Shown: positions 1 through 13,611 of the stretch, one piece after another
Layout of the letters: the number at the start of each line of letters is the position of its first letter
Position numbering within the stretch: the first letter of the stretch is position 1
DNA from: Vicugna vicugna
Taxonomy: Eukaryota
Assembly: GCA_013265495.1 (NCBI GenBank)
Contig: MU058781.1
Coordinates: 10,211,009-10,275,008 of the forward strand
Direction of reading: 5' to 3'
Length of the DNA: 64,000 nucleotides
The notes under the pieces: generated by a model
Told to the model about the DNA's origin: nothing
Database searches by the model: none
Seen by the model: the letters and a program-made list of their open reading frames with translations, nothing else
Translations under genes and position numbers: made by a program

Positions 1-1000
1 CAAATCTAAGAGACAAATGTTGTAAGTATGATTATAAGTAAGTCTTTCCATTTGATGGAGGCATAATTCCCACATAGAGCTGTTCTTTTGGAAGCTTCTT
101 TCTCTTGAAATCATTCATTTTCCAGTTGATTCTTCAGGCTGTTGCATACTTTGGTCATTGCTAAGTATGCTCTCCAAGTCTTTGAGACATAGCCAGATAA
201 TCTATGTTCTAGGGTGCTTACAGTTGAAAAGAAAATTTTATTTAAACATTAAAATGTGATGTATCTTGTGATTTTTTTTCTCTACTTTCAGTTAAATTAA
301 ACAGTGTGACCCATCTGAAGTAGGAATGTAGGTTTGAAAAAATGGAAGCTTTTTGAAGACAGTTTCTTTTCCAGCCATTTGTAACTCTAAGCTCAATGAA
401 GAGATTTTACTGGATATGTAGGTAAGGGAAGGGCAGATGCCTTTGAAGAGAGAAAGACAAAGAGATTTGGGAAGAGACAAAGAGATTTTTCCTAGCAAAA
501 GGAAAGGATAGTGATTTCTGAGATCCATGAGGATTTGGGATTCAAGAACCACTTTCTCATAACATACAGTAGTGGTTGGATCCCAGAAAAATAGCTAAAC
601 TGAACTCTGGAATTGGAACTCTCAGCCCTGGAAACATTTATCCTATGTGACATGGGAGATTCTAGATTTCAGTGACTATATGGGCATGGAAAATGGTTTT
701 CCTGGGGTACTTAGGGCAGATCAAAGACTGGAGGACCCAAATGTTTGTCTCTGTTTAAGACCTCTGGATCACCCTCATAAGGGATGGAGCCCTAATAATT
801 ACCAGAGTTGAGTTTCCTACCAATCTGGATGATGGAAGCTTGCAGTTGAAATTAATCGATGTAAAGGAAACATGGTTCTGATGTGAGACTTGAACTTGCA
901 AGAACAATTTAAACCCAGAGTGCAACCCAGAAACACTCAGAAACTTAATTAGAATCTTTGACCTCATGAAACTTACATTTGATGGTTTAACAACACTTAA
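1..1000 (+). pseudogene. 3' end of a second decayed multi-exon gene (exons <=1-21, 292-421, 760-~952/1000)
   Basis: gtaagt donor at 22; ttttttttctctactttcag acceptor at 291; AG|gtaagg donor at 422; tctctgtttaag acceptor at 759. Phases 1 then 2 chain into NLRDKCFKLNSVTHLK*ECRFEKMEAF*RQFLFQPFVTLSSMKRFYWICRPLDHPHKGWSPNNYQS*VSYQSG*WKLAVEINRCKGNMVLM*DLNLQEQFKPRVQPRNTQKLN*. Confidence 0.55.
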
Positions 1001-1487
1001 CATCTTCTAACAATGTGAAGTAGTATAAGTCAAGTGAAAAAATGAATACAGAACATACAAAGTTTCAAATTTCAAAGCAGAACATACATTTGAAAATAAC
1101 ATGGAAGGAGTCTACTGAAAAAATAAGTGGCCTCTCTTGGGCCATAAATAGTGGGTAGGTATGGATAGCAGAGGAGAAAGGGGAACAGTTCCAAGGAGTC
1201 AACAGGATGAGCAAGACTATGGGCAGGAAAGAGAATCCTGTTTTCAGAGGAGAGTGAGGAGACCAGCGTGACTAATAGATCAGTAGATCAGAATGCAAGG
1301 GGAAGCAGATCCAGGAAGGATATTATTAGGACACAGTGTCAGACTTTGGCAACTCATGTTACACCACACTCTGCAAACCTACTGTTGACCAGAGACTATT
1401 CAGTTCAGTATTTAAATGAATTAAATGTATAAGCTAACAAGCAAAATTCATTTTTATACTTTGCTTTATAGACCAAATCTAGATAAA

Positions 1488-1680
1488 TAATAGTTATCAT
1501 TTATAAAGTACATATTATGTGCCAGGTTTTGTACTAGGTGACTTACCTATGTTGTATCTAATCCTCATTATAAACAAGCATGGGGGTATCAATGTTCCTA
1601 TTTTACATGAGAAAACAGGGAGTAGAGAATGACTGACTGGCTTACTTTAGATCAAATGGACTGAAAGTATTTCATGTCCA
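1488..1680 (-). mobile_element. MIR SINE, degraded
   Basis: Resembles the MIR core (tatgtgccagg...taatcctcat...cctattttacatgagaaaac). Confidence 0.6.
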
Positions 1681-4499
1681 TTTCATGAGCTACGAATCAT
1701 GGTCAGATTCATCACCGGCAAAAGTCTACATTTTATTTTAACTGTATCACATTTTCTGTGGCATTAAATGTTTTTATAACATATTTAACAATTCAGTAGA
1801 TAATTATATTTTGGGAGAACATAAAACTAAATTAATTGAAAGTAAATACATACAAGGCTATTTCTTATTTTCTTTCAGCTAGAAGTTCATGTTAGAGGAA
1901 TTTAAAAGTAAGATGAAATTAAGCTCCAATTTAGAGCAATGTTCTACAATCAGATGGAAGATGTATGAAATGTACATCTCTTAAAGCCAAATAAAATCAG
2001 AAGAGAGCAGAATTTCACTGTGCCAAGTCATAGGTTAATTTTTAATTTACTTTAATATCGTGATCAAAAGGGGGCAGAATCAGCCATCCCTCCCATGTGG
2101 ATAACAGGGAAAACAATAGGATGACAACTGTAGGGGATTGAATGGGGGGGCCCCAAAGCCCCACCCAGAGCCTGACCAACAAACAAAATAAGTGAAGAAA
2201 ACTGCATTGAGGGATAGACTGGGGTTGGCTCTCCGTCTGCTTCTAGAAACTGAATTTTTTGCAAGCAAGAGTGGACATCCTGAGGAAGCACCAGAGTTGC
2301 TGGAATTCATTCTTTCCTGGTGGTCAAAGGATTTTGTCCGCCGTGTTTGAAGCTTTATCTGAAGACTGAGTCACTGCATGCTTGAAAGTACAAATACCTA
2401 TTTTCACCCTGTCTAAGCGCAGATTTAGGCTTTCGTAGCTTTTGATTTCCTTAACTTCAAACATAAATACATTTGTCTGAAGCGAGTAGTGCCCTCCTGC
2501 TCATGTAAAATGAATATTTGATGATTCAGTTATAAATCAGATACAAATGCCCCCCAAAACAAAGTGTTTATTATAAATTTAATTACTTATGTGATTTATT
2601 TTGTTTTTATGGGACCAGTGTTTTAATAGTTTTGTCTTTTTTTAAACCGTGGAAACACTTGATTATGTAACCACCGTAAGAAAGAATTAGTATTCTCATA
2701 AATAACAGTGCCTGCATTTAGAAATAGAGAATTACCAGACTCTGGAGCTCATCCTTCAGTGCTATATTTTGCAGACTATAAATCACTCTTAGGGTCCCAT
2801 GAATATTTTAATTATCTTAGCCATTTATAAGAAGATTTTCTCCCCCTCAATTTAAAACATGACGGCACATAGAGCAGCCATCTCAAATCCAAGCCCCAAT
2901 AACTTATTTTCTTGTTCACAATGTAAAACAGCTCTTACCTCCTCCTATCTCTAAAGATGCTTACTTGACACTAATGCCACTCTGTCCATGAAGCCTTTTG
3001 CTGTCACGCTAGTCAGAAATCATTGTTCTCTAAACAGGTTTTACTGTCATATTACTTTTAAAAAAAAATCACCACTGCTGCCATGCGGTATAATGATTTA
3101 CAGATGTTGTGTTGCCTCCCCACGAAGGGAAGAGCTACCCAGGCAGAGGTGGCAAGTCAATTTCACTTGGTCACCTCCAATGACTGGCATTGAGGTGCCA
3201 TGTTGAGGAGGATCTGAAGGTCCTGTTCTGACTCAGCAGGAAAAAAAACAAAATAATACTCTGATCAAATAAGAATGTCTGCTACTCACATGAGAGCTTC
3301 TGTTCTTTCTGTCCTGCAACATAGGACCACATTGCATTTATCTGCCTATTTCCAAAACAGCCTAGCACTGGGGCATCTGTTTATCTCCTGTTGGCCTCTT
3401 TAAGTCCTCAAGAACTTCACCAAAATTAGCTCCACATACTCGATCTCTTGCTCGTGGAATTCTAGCCCCATCTTCCTTCAATTGGTTTCAGCTATTATGT
3501 TGGTTTCCTCAGGTCCCTGATTTATTTGAATCATTTCCTTTTCTTAAATATACACTTTTGGATTAATACTGGGTTTCAGATTATTTGGTGTAAAAACACT
3601 TCCAAGTGGATTTCTCAAATTGTGGTTATAAGCCCAGTTTAGAATGATAGTTATAAACTGTGAGATCAGCACTCACACAGACATTGGAGAGATGGAGACA
3701 TCATTGACCCTGTAGCTTTCCCGAGGCTGAACTCCATCACTGCCGCACACTCAGAGAAGAGGAGATCTTGAACACAAGAGGCTGTGAGTAAATAGCGCTC
3801 AGTAGATTTTTTTAATTGGCTGATTTTTAAATGCACCTGTATGTTTTGGGAACCCATATACCACCTAAAGCCTCCTTGCTTTTTGTAAAAAATGTAATAC
3901 TTTATACTTGAGTTATTATATAAAAGTAATGAAAACATTGGCTCATTGATCTGTCTTTACATTTTAAGTGAAATATTTGGTACTGATAAAAAAAAAATTG
4001 AACTGACCCTGAAATCTGTGGTTCTCAAAAACACTTAGGTATACAGTTTCAAAGAACAATTTGACCTTCACAAGAGTAAAAGGCCCTGTTTTATTTTTCT
4101 GCTTTTATGTTTCATTTTGATGGTAGCAATTTTTTTTTTTTTGGTGGCAGAATGTGTCTTTTGAATAAAATCTCACTGGTAAGTCAAAGAAAAAGAAAGA
4201 TCTTTGTATGGATCAAAGATGTTCATGATTTTAAAAAGGAGGGTGGAGTGTTTGTTTTGTTTTGGCCTTTCCACGGTCTTTCAGAGGTGATATTACATTG
4301 GTGTTGTGTTTGCAACCACCCGAACTTGTTGATTGAGAAGAAAATAATTTATTCGTGAGCTTTAGGGTGTTTTGGAGGGCACCGTATGCCCTGGGATTAG
4401 GCATTAACAGAGCATGGAAGGTTGACATGTCTATCGCTTTGTTGGAAACTGTGGGAGTGGTGAGGATAGAAATATAGTTTTCTGAATAAGTGGAATGAG

Positions 4500-4595
4500 G
4501 CATATATATGTATATATGCACTTTCACATGTATGCATACACACATATATAATCATATGCATACATGTGTATGTATATACACACATATATATTACA
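4500..4595. repeat. (TA/CA/TG)n low-complexity microsatellite
   Basis: Direct reading. Confidence 0.9.
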
Positions 4596-5124
4596 TAAAG
4601 GCTAGAAAGGCAGAGGCAAGCAGATAGGTATTATAACCAGGCAACCAGGTAAGAGAATTTTAATACAAGAAGTTAGCCAAAGCAGGAAGGTATGGGGGGT
4701 ATAAAATATACTCTGGCATGAAAAAGATTTAAAATCTAGGGTACTCAGCTTAGTCAAATGGAGACAGAGAATTCCCATTGCCATGAGGTGTCGAGGGACA
4801 AGAATTCTAGATTCCCCTGGGGTGGGGTTAAGTGTCGGTCCGGGAGTGGTGGTTCTGAACTCCTAAGAGATGTAGACACAAAGGTCTTAGCTTTAAGCTA
4901 AACCAAGAAACCAGGTAAGACGCAGTCAGGGTCCAGGTTTTATATCTTGTAAAAAAAATCATGGCTTCAGCCAGCGTGGTGCAGGGAGTGAAGTTAGACT
5001 GAAGGAGGGCTCAGTGTCACTTTAGGCAACTTTTGCTCAGAGTGAGTGGCAGCAGTGCACAGCCCAGCGCCGGAGTTCAGGGCTTCAGGAGGTGCCTGGG
5101 GTCCCATCTCCCTAACCTCTGTAC

Positions 5125-5495
5125 AGCAGTGCTTACAGCACTGGCTTTGGAGTCACACCTGGATGTAAATTTCGCTGCTTACTAGCTGTTAAACTCAACA
5201 AGATGATTAACCTTCTGAGTGATGGTTTCCTACAATCTAGATGGTGGCTAATACTTCAGTGTTACGATGGCACTAATTGGCACAATGGCAAAGCACTTAG
5301 AAAATTGCCTGGCGTGTGATACACAATCCCCCAAACAGTAAGAGGAACACTGAAGATCAAAATACAGATACAGTTCTAGATGGGAAATCTGAGGATCAGA
5401 GATTTTAGGTAACTCGCCAAGTCGCTCAAGCAGTAAATGGTGAGCTGGGATTCACAATCAGATTTGTCCTCATCCAAAACCTGAACCCTTTCAAC
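5125..5495. mobile_element. Two MIR fragments in opposite orientations
   Basis: ctggctttggagtcacacctgg...cttactagctg (+); gggaaatctgaggatcagagattttaggtaactcgccaag (-). Confidence 0.6.
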
Positions 5496-8349
5496 TGAAT
5501 CACAATGAGTGGGGGTATAATTCAGGCCAGATGAAGAGGCTATAGGGAAGAATGAGTTCACCCTCCATACTATCAGCCGCATGGCTACGTGGCTTTGATG
5601 AGTCCATCTCTAAGTAAGATCTGCTGTCACTTTGTCAAGATAGATTTGAAAAAAAAAAACAAAACTGAACCAAAAACCCTCAATAGTTTCTGAATTTTGT
5701 TTGATTTAGATTCAGGTGACTTAAAATTATCACTGCAAAAGACTCTTCTTTTGAAAATAATATATATTCTTTGGATAGTATGCACAGGCTAGGCGCTTTT
5801 CTCAGGTTCACACAGTGAGAGAGGGTGAAAGGGCTACTTCCAACATCTTCAAACAGCTTTCATGGGAGCCAAGGCAAGACTTAGTATGGAGTTTCTCCAC
5901 ATCTTGTGTACCTTGGAAAAGTCTGCCCTCCACATCTCTCTCCTCACCTATGGCCGCTTGCTCCTTTTCTGCCAGTCCCTGGAGGTTAATACAGAATCTG
6001 AAGGTAGGCAGCGATGAGCTCGTGACATTTTCAAAATCTGCCCAAGATCCATTGGGTTACAGTCCTCAAAGGGTTTATGGAATTAGCAGTTTCCACCTAG
6101 AGCCTAGTATTTGGCAATGTGTTCAGGAACAGATCTCTCCGATGGCAGCAAAAGAAATGCTCTGTGTAGAACTCGGCAAAGAGGCAGATCTTGTAGCTCT
6201 TTAGATTCTTACTTTGATTTATGAAGAGAGAAAAATAAGACAATACAAAAAATGCAATGCTAGTCAGAAACCAGTGAAGTGAGATCAAGAATAACACTTT
6301 GTTCTGATCAGTGGAAGGTCAGAACCAATCCTCTCTCTCCCCCGCGTTGTGAGATCATCAGAGTGTGGTTTTGCAGAGGGATGATGAACTGGGGGTTGTC
6401 TTAGCTTGCTAGGTGCTGCAGAGCTCATTTATTTTATTTTACAAGTCATTTGGCACAATGGTAATAATGACAATGAAATTGGATTCTTGCTCCTTAAAAG
6501 GGCCTTCGACTTTGTGCATACTTTGGTCCATGCATTCAGTTGTCAGGGGAGGGCCATTATCCAGTTACCACCTCTAGGTGTAGTAACTTTAATTCCATAA
6601 TTTTAGTGGCACAATCAGGCTCATGCAGAAGCAGAAGAATTTGCCTATACAGTGCTTTTTAGAGGTCTGAAAGTGATCTCTTTCTCCAGAATATCTTGTC
6701 TACCTACATGTTAAAAAAAAAAAAAGCATAGGTCTTTCTGTTAAAGAACTATTTCTTTCTTTTAAGACTCTATATCCCCACATATCTTTTAAAAGCCAAT
6801 ATTCTGCTGTTATAAGCCATTTACTCATTAATGTAAAATGTGTTATCTCCTCTAGGACAATGAGCGAAGGTTTTAAGTAACAGGAAAGACATGCAGTTGT
6901 CTGATTAGATTCCATACCAGACACCATACCCAGTATATTCTCATGCATGTGCATTTAATAAATTATTTTAGATAAATATTAGTACCTGATTTCAGTGTTC
7001 AGGGGGAAAATAACTTGCAAAATTCCAGGTGCTGTGGGATGAGAAATATTGGTGGCAGATAAAGGAAGAATAATTAGGGAGGACACAGGGACAATTGAGG
7101 CACTGTCAAAGATTGGCAGGTAAACAATAAATATATCTGGGGCCTGGATAGGGTGAGAATGAGGATAGCCAAAAGAAAAATGAGATGCTTAGGAAGGGAA
7201 TGTTAGGAAAAACTTCCAAGACAAAGTTCACAGCTCTGTCTTAGCATGCTCCTGACAGAAAAATTTATAAAATCGTGCGAACTGAAGTTTTTCTTAGCAA
7301 TCAGCTCCACATAGACTATGTCAACCACAGTCATCCGTGACAAGGGGCAATATCTTAATACTCTTTAAATGCGTTTTTGTTAAATAAATTGAAGGTCTCT
7401 TTTTCCTGAAGCTGATCCCACTGTGGCATAGTTGATGTGGACTGTTTTCAGAAGTACCCCTTGTAAGTTTCCTGATGAAATGCACCAAGCACATTTTGTC
7501 CCCTTGAAGTGAATGTGCTTTCCTTGGTTCATTAAATCACCATGTCTCACGCATAATTCAACTCCATTCTCATGTACACCTTAGAGTTAAGCCACGCATT
7601 GCTAAAACGCCATCCTTCTTAACTGTTGTGGAATTTGATAAAATTATATTTTCTTAAAATAAAAGATATTTTAGAATGAGTTTGTTTAGTTCAGGTCTTG
7701 TGCCTCTCAGGTACTGTCCAGCTTTAGGATTTTCAATTTATTTAACAATACTCCTTTAAATTTAAAAGCAGCTTTTCATTCATCCACTCACACACATACG
7801 TATGAAATAGAATTTTTTTTGCCACCTCTTGCCGCTGGTGACTCTGAGTTAATATTCACTATGTACCTATTGTTGATATTTGAAGCCAGTCAACCCATTT
7901 GCCAAAGGAGATGAACCATAGTAGTTACTGGTCAAATAGAGCTTTTTAGCTTTCTGCTCAGAAAGTTCTATTTTCTGTCTTCAAAAGGTGACAGTTTAGA
8001 AATTTAAGACACCTGTTAACTTCTAGGTGCATTGAAATCATGACAGGCCACAACACTGCGAAGCTGAGGGCTTCAAATGTGTATTGTAGAAAAAGTGTTT
8101 ACAGGTGAAAATATTTATCATTGTTATAAACAATCTACACGCCTACAGAATGTGTACATTTTTTTCTTTCCAGGTTCAACTCATGATTTCTTATCTTATG
8201 CTGTTCCATAATTTCTTATCCTACTAACCCTACTATGGATAGATCTGTCATATTAGGTCTTTTGATTGAAATAATAGGTCTTGTCTTACCACCACCAAGG
8301 AAGATTATATGAACAAAAAGGCAACATTGCACTTCAAAGGCCACAATCA

Positions 8350-8900
8350 TTGACTCATTCATCCATTTAGCATTTATTCACTGTGTACCATGTGCCATGC
8401 AGGGTTCTAGGTGTTGGTGAAAAAAGATGAGCAGAATCTTTGCACCAAAGGAGCTTACATTCTAATGGAGGATGATGGATGTTAAAGAATTGTACCAATA
8501 AATAAATAAGTAAATAAAATAATTTTAGAGCAAGTTAATACTAAAAAGAAACCAGAGTACCAGATAGGGAGAGATGGATTATGTGGTCAAAGACAGTGTT
8601 TCTGAAGATACGTTGCCAATTGAGTAGCTCTCCAATGATGGGAAGAAGTGGACCCTGAGATCTCGGGTAATAATTCTCTAAGCCCATGGAATAGCAAGGG
8701 TGGAAATGAGCAGTCATCATCAATGCAAGAAGACCATTGTGGCTACAGTGGGATGAAAGAAGCTTCCTTTGGGAGGAGATGAGTTGGAGAGGAGAGAGAG
8801 GGATAGGAAGGCACAACAAAGTACAGCCTCATAAGAATTTCTGATTTATTCTAATGATTTGGATTTTCAAAAGATCACTCTGGCTGCTCTTTGGAAGTGG
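8350..8900 (-). mobile_element. L2 LINE 3' portion
   Basis: cattcatccatttagcatttattcactgtg...ggagcttacattctaatggagg...aagatcactctggctgct. Confidence 0.7.
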
Positions 8901-8902
8901 TC

Positions 8903-9265
8903 TGTCCTAATCTATTTGGGCTGGTGTAACAGAATACCATAGGATGGATGGCTTATAAACAACAGGAATTTATTTCTCATGGTTTTAGAGGCTGGAAAAT
9001 CCTAGATCAAGGAGTCAACAGTTTCACTATCTGAGAACCTACTTCCTGTTTCATAGATGTCTGTCTTACCACTGTGTCCTCACTTGGCTGAAGAAGGCAG
9101 GGAGGTTTCTGGGATCTCTTTTATAAAGGCACTAATCCCATTTGTGAGCACTCCACCCTTGTGACGTAATGACCTCCCAAAGGTCCCACCACTTAATACC
9201 ATCACATTAGTGTTAAGATTTCAACATACAAATTTAGGGGAGACATACACATTTAGTCCATTACA
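8903..9265 (-). mobile_element. MLT1A-type MaLR solo LTR with 5-bp TSD (TGGTC), nested in L2
   Basis: TG...CA ends; TGGTC at 8898-8902 and 9266-9270; MLT1A motifs (ggcttataaacaacaggaatttatttctca, ggcactaatccc). Confidence 0.85.
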
Positions 9266-9589
9266 TGGTCTTAGGGAGCTAAGCATGGAGTCAGGGTAAC
9301 TGGTTACGTTCCTTCGAAAGCTTGATAGTTTTAGGTGTTGCTTCTTAATTCTTCTTGGATACATGGGCTTCTCTGGCTATGGAAGTACACAGCACTGCTC
9401 TCTTCTACTCCGTGTGAAGAAAGGGAGCCCAGCCTGCAGTCCGTACAGGTTCTATGTCAGGGTGCCAGGGACGGGAGAAGACCTGGTCTCTCCAGTTTCA
9501 TTCCACGTGAGCTTTGTGCATGAATCCCAGATAAGAATAACCGTCAGATCACAGGGTTTTTTGGTTTCTATTTCTTACTTCTTGAGGCA

Positions 9590-9790
9590 AACTAGTAGTA
9601 AAGAAACAACGTTAAGATTCAGAGTCAGGTTTAGAGTGCTCTCTACCACTTATTAGTTGCATTATTTTTGGAAAGTCCATTAACATACCTGGACCCCAGT
9701 TGCCTCCTCTTCAAAGGGAATAATACGTCAGTGTGTAAGATCAAGCGAGACAATGTATGTGACAGCACTTATAATTTTAAAGCACCATGC
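9590..9790 (+). mobile_element. MIR SINE
   Basis: agagtcaggtttagagtgctctctaccacttattag...aatgtatgtgacagcactt. Confidence 0.6.
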
Positions 9791-9941
9791 AGAATTGGGC
9801 CCCAAGGCTGAGCCCCTGTCTCTATCCTGAAACACCTCCCACACCCCAAATTCAAGGCAAAAGTGGGAATTAGAAAGGGAAGGTGATAACATTCATATTA
9901 AAATAAAAGATTGGAAAGGGAATTTGAAGGTCCGTGTAGCC

Positions 9942-10280
9942 CAGGGGTAGACAAACTTTTCCTATGAAGGGCCACGAGTAACTGTTTAAGGTTTTCCTGG
10001 CTCTCTTGTCTCCATTGCAACCTCTCATCTCTGCTGTTGCAGCGTGAACACAATAGATTTTTGTTAAAAAAAAAAATTAAATGTGGCTGTGTGCCAATAT
10101 AACTTTATTGATGGATACTGAAGTTTGTATATAATATACTTTCCACCAGTCAAAAAAGTCCTCCTTTAAATTTTTTTCCAACCATTTAGAAGTGTAAACA
10201 TTGTTCTTAGTTTATGAGTCGTCCAAAATGGGGTACGGTGGGCTGGACTGGGCCCAAGGGCTGTCGTTTGCTGACTCCTG
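9942..10280. mobile_element. MER58B-like hAT-Charlie DNA transposon
   Basis: TIR-like ends caggggtagacaaac ... gtttgctgactcctg; internal ggctgtgtgccaatataactttatt. Confidence 0.75.
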
Positions 10281-11229
10281 ATATAGCCCATTCTTCCTTT
10301 CCGTGGTTACCTGTGGGGAACAACGCAGCCAACTAGCTGCTCATTTATCTGTTAGGGATACTTCAGAAGATCAGATAATGAGAACTTTGCATGAGAGAAC
10401 ATTCAAAAAACAAATTATGGGAAAAAAAAAACCCTTTGCTTATAAAAAGAATTTTTGGAAGTCTTCAATTAAATAAGGAGAATGACTTACAAAAGGCTGC
10501 ACCACAGCCGGTGAAGGCGGGATCTCTGCTGATAAGAACATCCGGCTAGATTTAGAAGTTTGCTAATTGACGCACATAAGTTTATAAAAGACAAATAGAG
10601 CTTCATTTGTCGGACACATAGGCGGTGTTGTGATGCACAGACAGACCAAGTTCCCTGTTGCTAAGAATCCTGTCAGATTAAATCAACCTGCAAATATACA
10701 ATTGTGACATCTTGTTCTCGTTGGTACAATGCGTGCCACCACAGTCACTGCCTCACAGCCCGTTCTCTCTGAGGAGCATCAGTGTTTAATTATATTCTTT
10801 TATGAGGCCTCATTCGTAGGCATCATCCTCTTTCAGAGCTGGCTTTGCTCAGGAAAAGTAGGTTATTATTTTCAAGACTGTCCCCAGTGGCGCCAAACAT
10901 GAGGCCTCTCAGTGGTGCCCTTTTCAATAGAGCATCTTGTGGAACCAAAACTCCATGTTCTTGCTTCACGTTCTTTGGCTGTAAGTTGACAGATGAACTT
11001 ATTTCCCAGTTCCTACAGGCCCTCAACAAGGCTCAGAGGAGATGACAGGTTTGTGGTCTGTTCAGTTGAGCAGATGGGTCTTATTCTTCATAACAAATGG
11101 GGACAACAATTTTTTATGTCCATATTTCAGATGAAAAGCCAACATTATGAATAATTTGAAAATAGTTTCTAAGAATCTCTGTGAGGGAAGGAACTGCAGT
11201 TAACTCAGGAAGTGAGAGTTACCCAAGGC

Positions 11230-11448
11230 CAGGGGTTGATAAACTGTGGCCCGAGAGCCACATCCAGCCCCCTGTCTGTTTCAGCAGATACATTTTTATT
11301 GGCTTGTGGTCATGTTCACTTGTTTATGTATTGTCTATGTCTGCTTTCTTGATTCAAAGGCAGAGCTGAGCAATTGTAACAGAGTCTTATGGTCTGCAAA
11401 GTGTGAAACACTTACTGGTCCTTCATATGAAACCTTTTCTGACTCCTG
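11230..11448. mobile_element. MER58A-like hAT-Charlie DNA transposon
   Basis: caggggttgataaactgtggccc ... gcagagctgagcaattgtaacagag ... ctgactcctg. Confidence 0.75.
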
Positions 11449-13611
11449 CTAAAGACTGTGGAAAATGCAGAGTTAAAAATATTTGAGTTAGCATGTTTGT
11501 CAACACTCAAGGATTTTTCCAGAGTTAAATTCTAGCATGCTGTTTTCAACTTACAATGAGACCTCATATCTAAAGTGCTTTTGTTCCCTTTGTTCCTGTA
11601 AATTCACAGTATCTAGCAATGAATACCATGTATTCTACTGGCATTTTAAAGAAGACCCAAGTAAAGTTCTTTCTGGGTATATGCACTTCTCTGTGTCTGT
11701 GCGCATGCATGCGTGTGTGTTTAGTAGAAACAAAGATTTCTGAGTTTTTAATTTTAAATTGAAATCAGAGGTATACACTCACGCTGCCAGATATAACATA
11801 CCCAACCTGCAAGGGCCTGATAATTCGTCAGAAAGCATCAGGCATGGGAGGACATGAAATTTCAAAAGTAAGAAATTCCTCAGATGCTTTCAGAAAGAAC
11901 CAGTACTTTTCCCTTCTGTGGGACTTACTGTCCTAGAATCACTTTTGAGTAAGAATCATGGTGTACCCTACCCTTGTCTAGATCCCCCAAAGTGGTGTGA
12001 GGGCTTACTCAGGAGAGAGATGTTATGGATACTATCTCACAGGTAATTTTGTAAGTTTAAGATAAGTCAAAGTTTAAGCTAAATCTACAAGATTACCAGA
12101 CAAGTCCAACTGATTTAGCCTTTTATTGGAGGCAGTCAACACAAGACCACAGTAGGTGTAGAGAAAATAATCTGATTCAATACAAGGCTGGATTCAGCAA
12201 AGAAACAATAGATCTTCTTTAACTAAATTCAGATAGAATTGTTTTCTTTTACTTTCCCTGAATCATTTTTACACACATACACTGTTGAGCAGTACCACCT
12301 ATACTGTCTCCCCGTCAGCTCGCAGTTGGAAAGTGGGGCTCTATTTGGCAATTATTAAAAAGCTAGTTTTAAGACCGGGTGCATATGAGATTTTTTGAGT
12401 GCCAAAGATACGGTTCTGTTTCTGAAAAGAAACTTTACCTAACTAGAATACATCCAGCAATGCCAAACTAAACACTGTGGTCAAATACAGCACAAGAAAA
12501 TTATATATATATATGCATCTTTTCTAGAAATTCTGATTTTTATGATGTCTTATTCTTTTGAAAGCTCCCAAATAATCTGAATGTCCATCACCTAACCCAC
12601 TGAATACTTAACGTTCATCATGATTTACTTATAAAGGTCTTCTGTTATGTGAACAAAGGTTCAGTATATGGAATGGCAGCTTGATTTTCCTTCTTTTGAC
12701 ATCTGTTAAAAATGAGGTATGATATCATCAATCATATTAACTCTGCAGTATTGTGTTATTCCTTGGGTGTTCCCAGATTTCATTTGACAACTTTTTCTAG
12801 GATTCAAACCATAAACACTTTCTCCAGAGACTGTAATGAGAGGTACAGATGAAAATCCAGGGACTGGAACTGATTAAAAACAAAACAAAAAAATCCCTAA
12901 AAAATAAAAGAAACCCAAACATAGTTTTACAAACTCCCTCTTTCCCCAACTACGAAATTAAGTCTTCACCATAATTTCTTACAAGTATAAGAAAACATAG
13001 AACCTGAAAATCTAAAGAAATGTAAGTTTAATGATCAGAAGTAAAGAATAGAGAAAATTTGGGCACAATATTAAATTTATCCTGAAATGATATGAAACAG
13101 TATGAGAAAGTGTGTATTGTCATCAATTTGAACAGAATGAAATAACCCACACAGTGATAACTAAAATCATGTAATTAGGCGTGAAGATGATATCACTTTA
13201 TTTAAGAACAAGGCAGTATTTTATTGACAGTTTCTAGTAGGATTCCCTCTATACAACAAGGAACAATGAATAAACTAGTTTTGTTTAAAACAATGACCTT
13301 TATAGGAAAATAATTTCCTCGTTTATTTCCTCATATTTAGAACTTTCTATTCACCTTTTTGGACAGCTACACGCAACCCAAGAGTTCAGAACCCAGCTCT
13401 CAATGAAATGTCGAAGTGTTGGATGTAATTTCTAAAGTTACTTAATGCTTATTAGGATTATGAATGACAACATCGTAAAGGAGCACTTTGTCATAGTAAT
13501 TTATCTATACACTGAATTTAACAAATATGGCTAAGTGATTTTCGATTCAGTTTATATTAAATGAACACGCCTTTTTTATTATCATGCATTGTGAAATAAG
13601 CACTATGAGAG

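Noticed and set aside
5815..6204. 129-aa plus-strand ORF
   Set aside because: GTG start, no recognisable domain, no convincing donor or partner exons; part may be an old LINE remnant.
9335..9506. Plus-strand open segment with ttttag acceptor and gtgagc donor
   Set aside because: Isolated between repeats, peptide not recognisable, no phase-linked neighbours.
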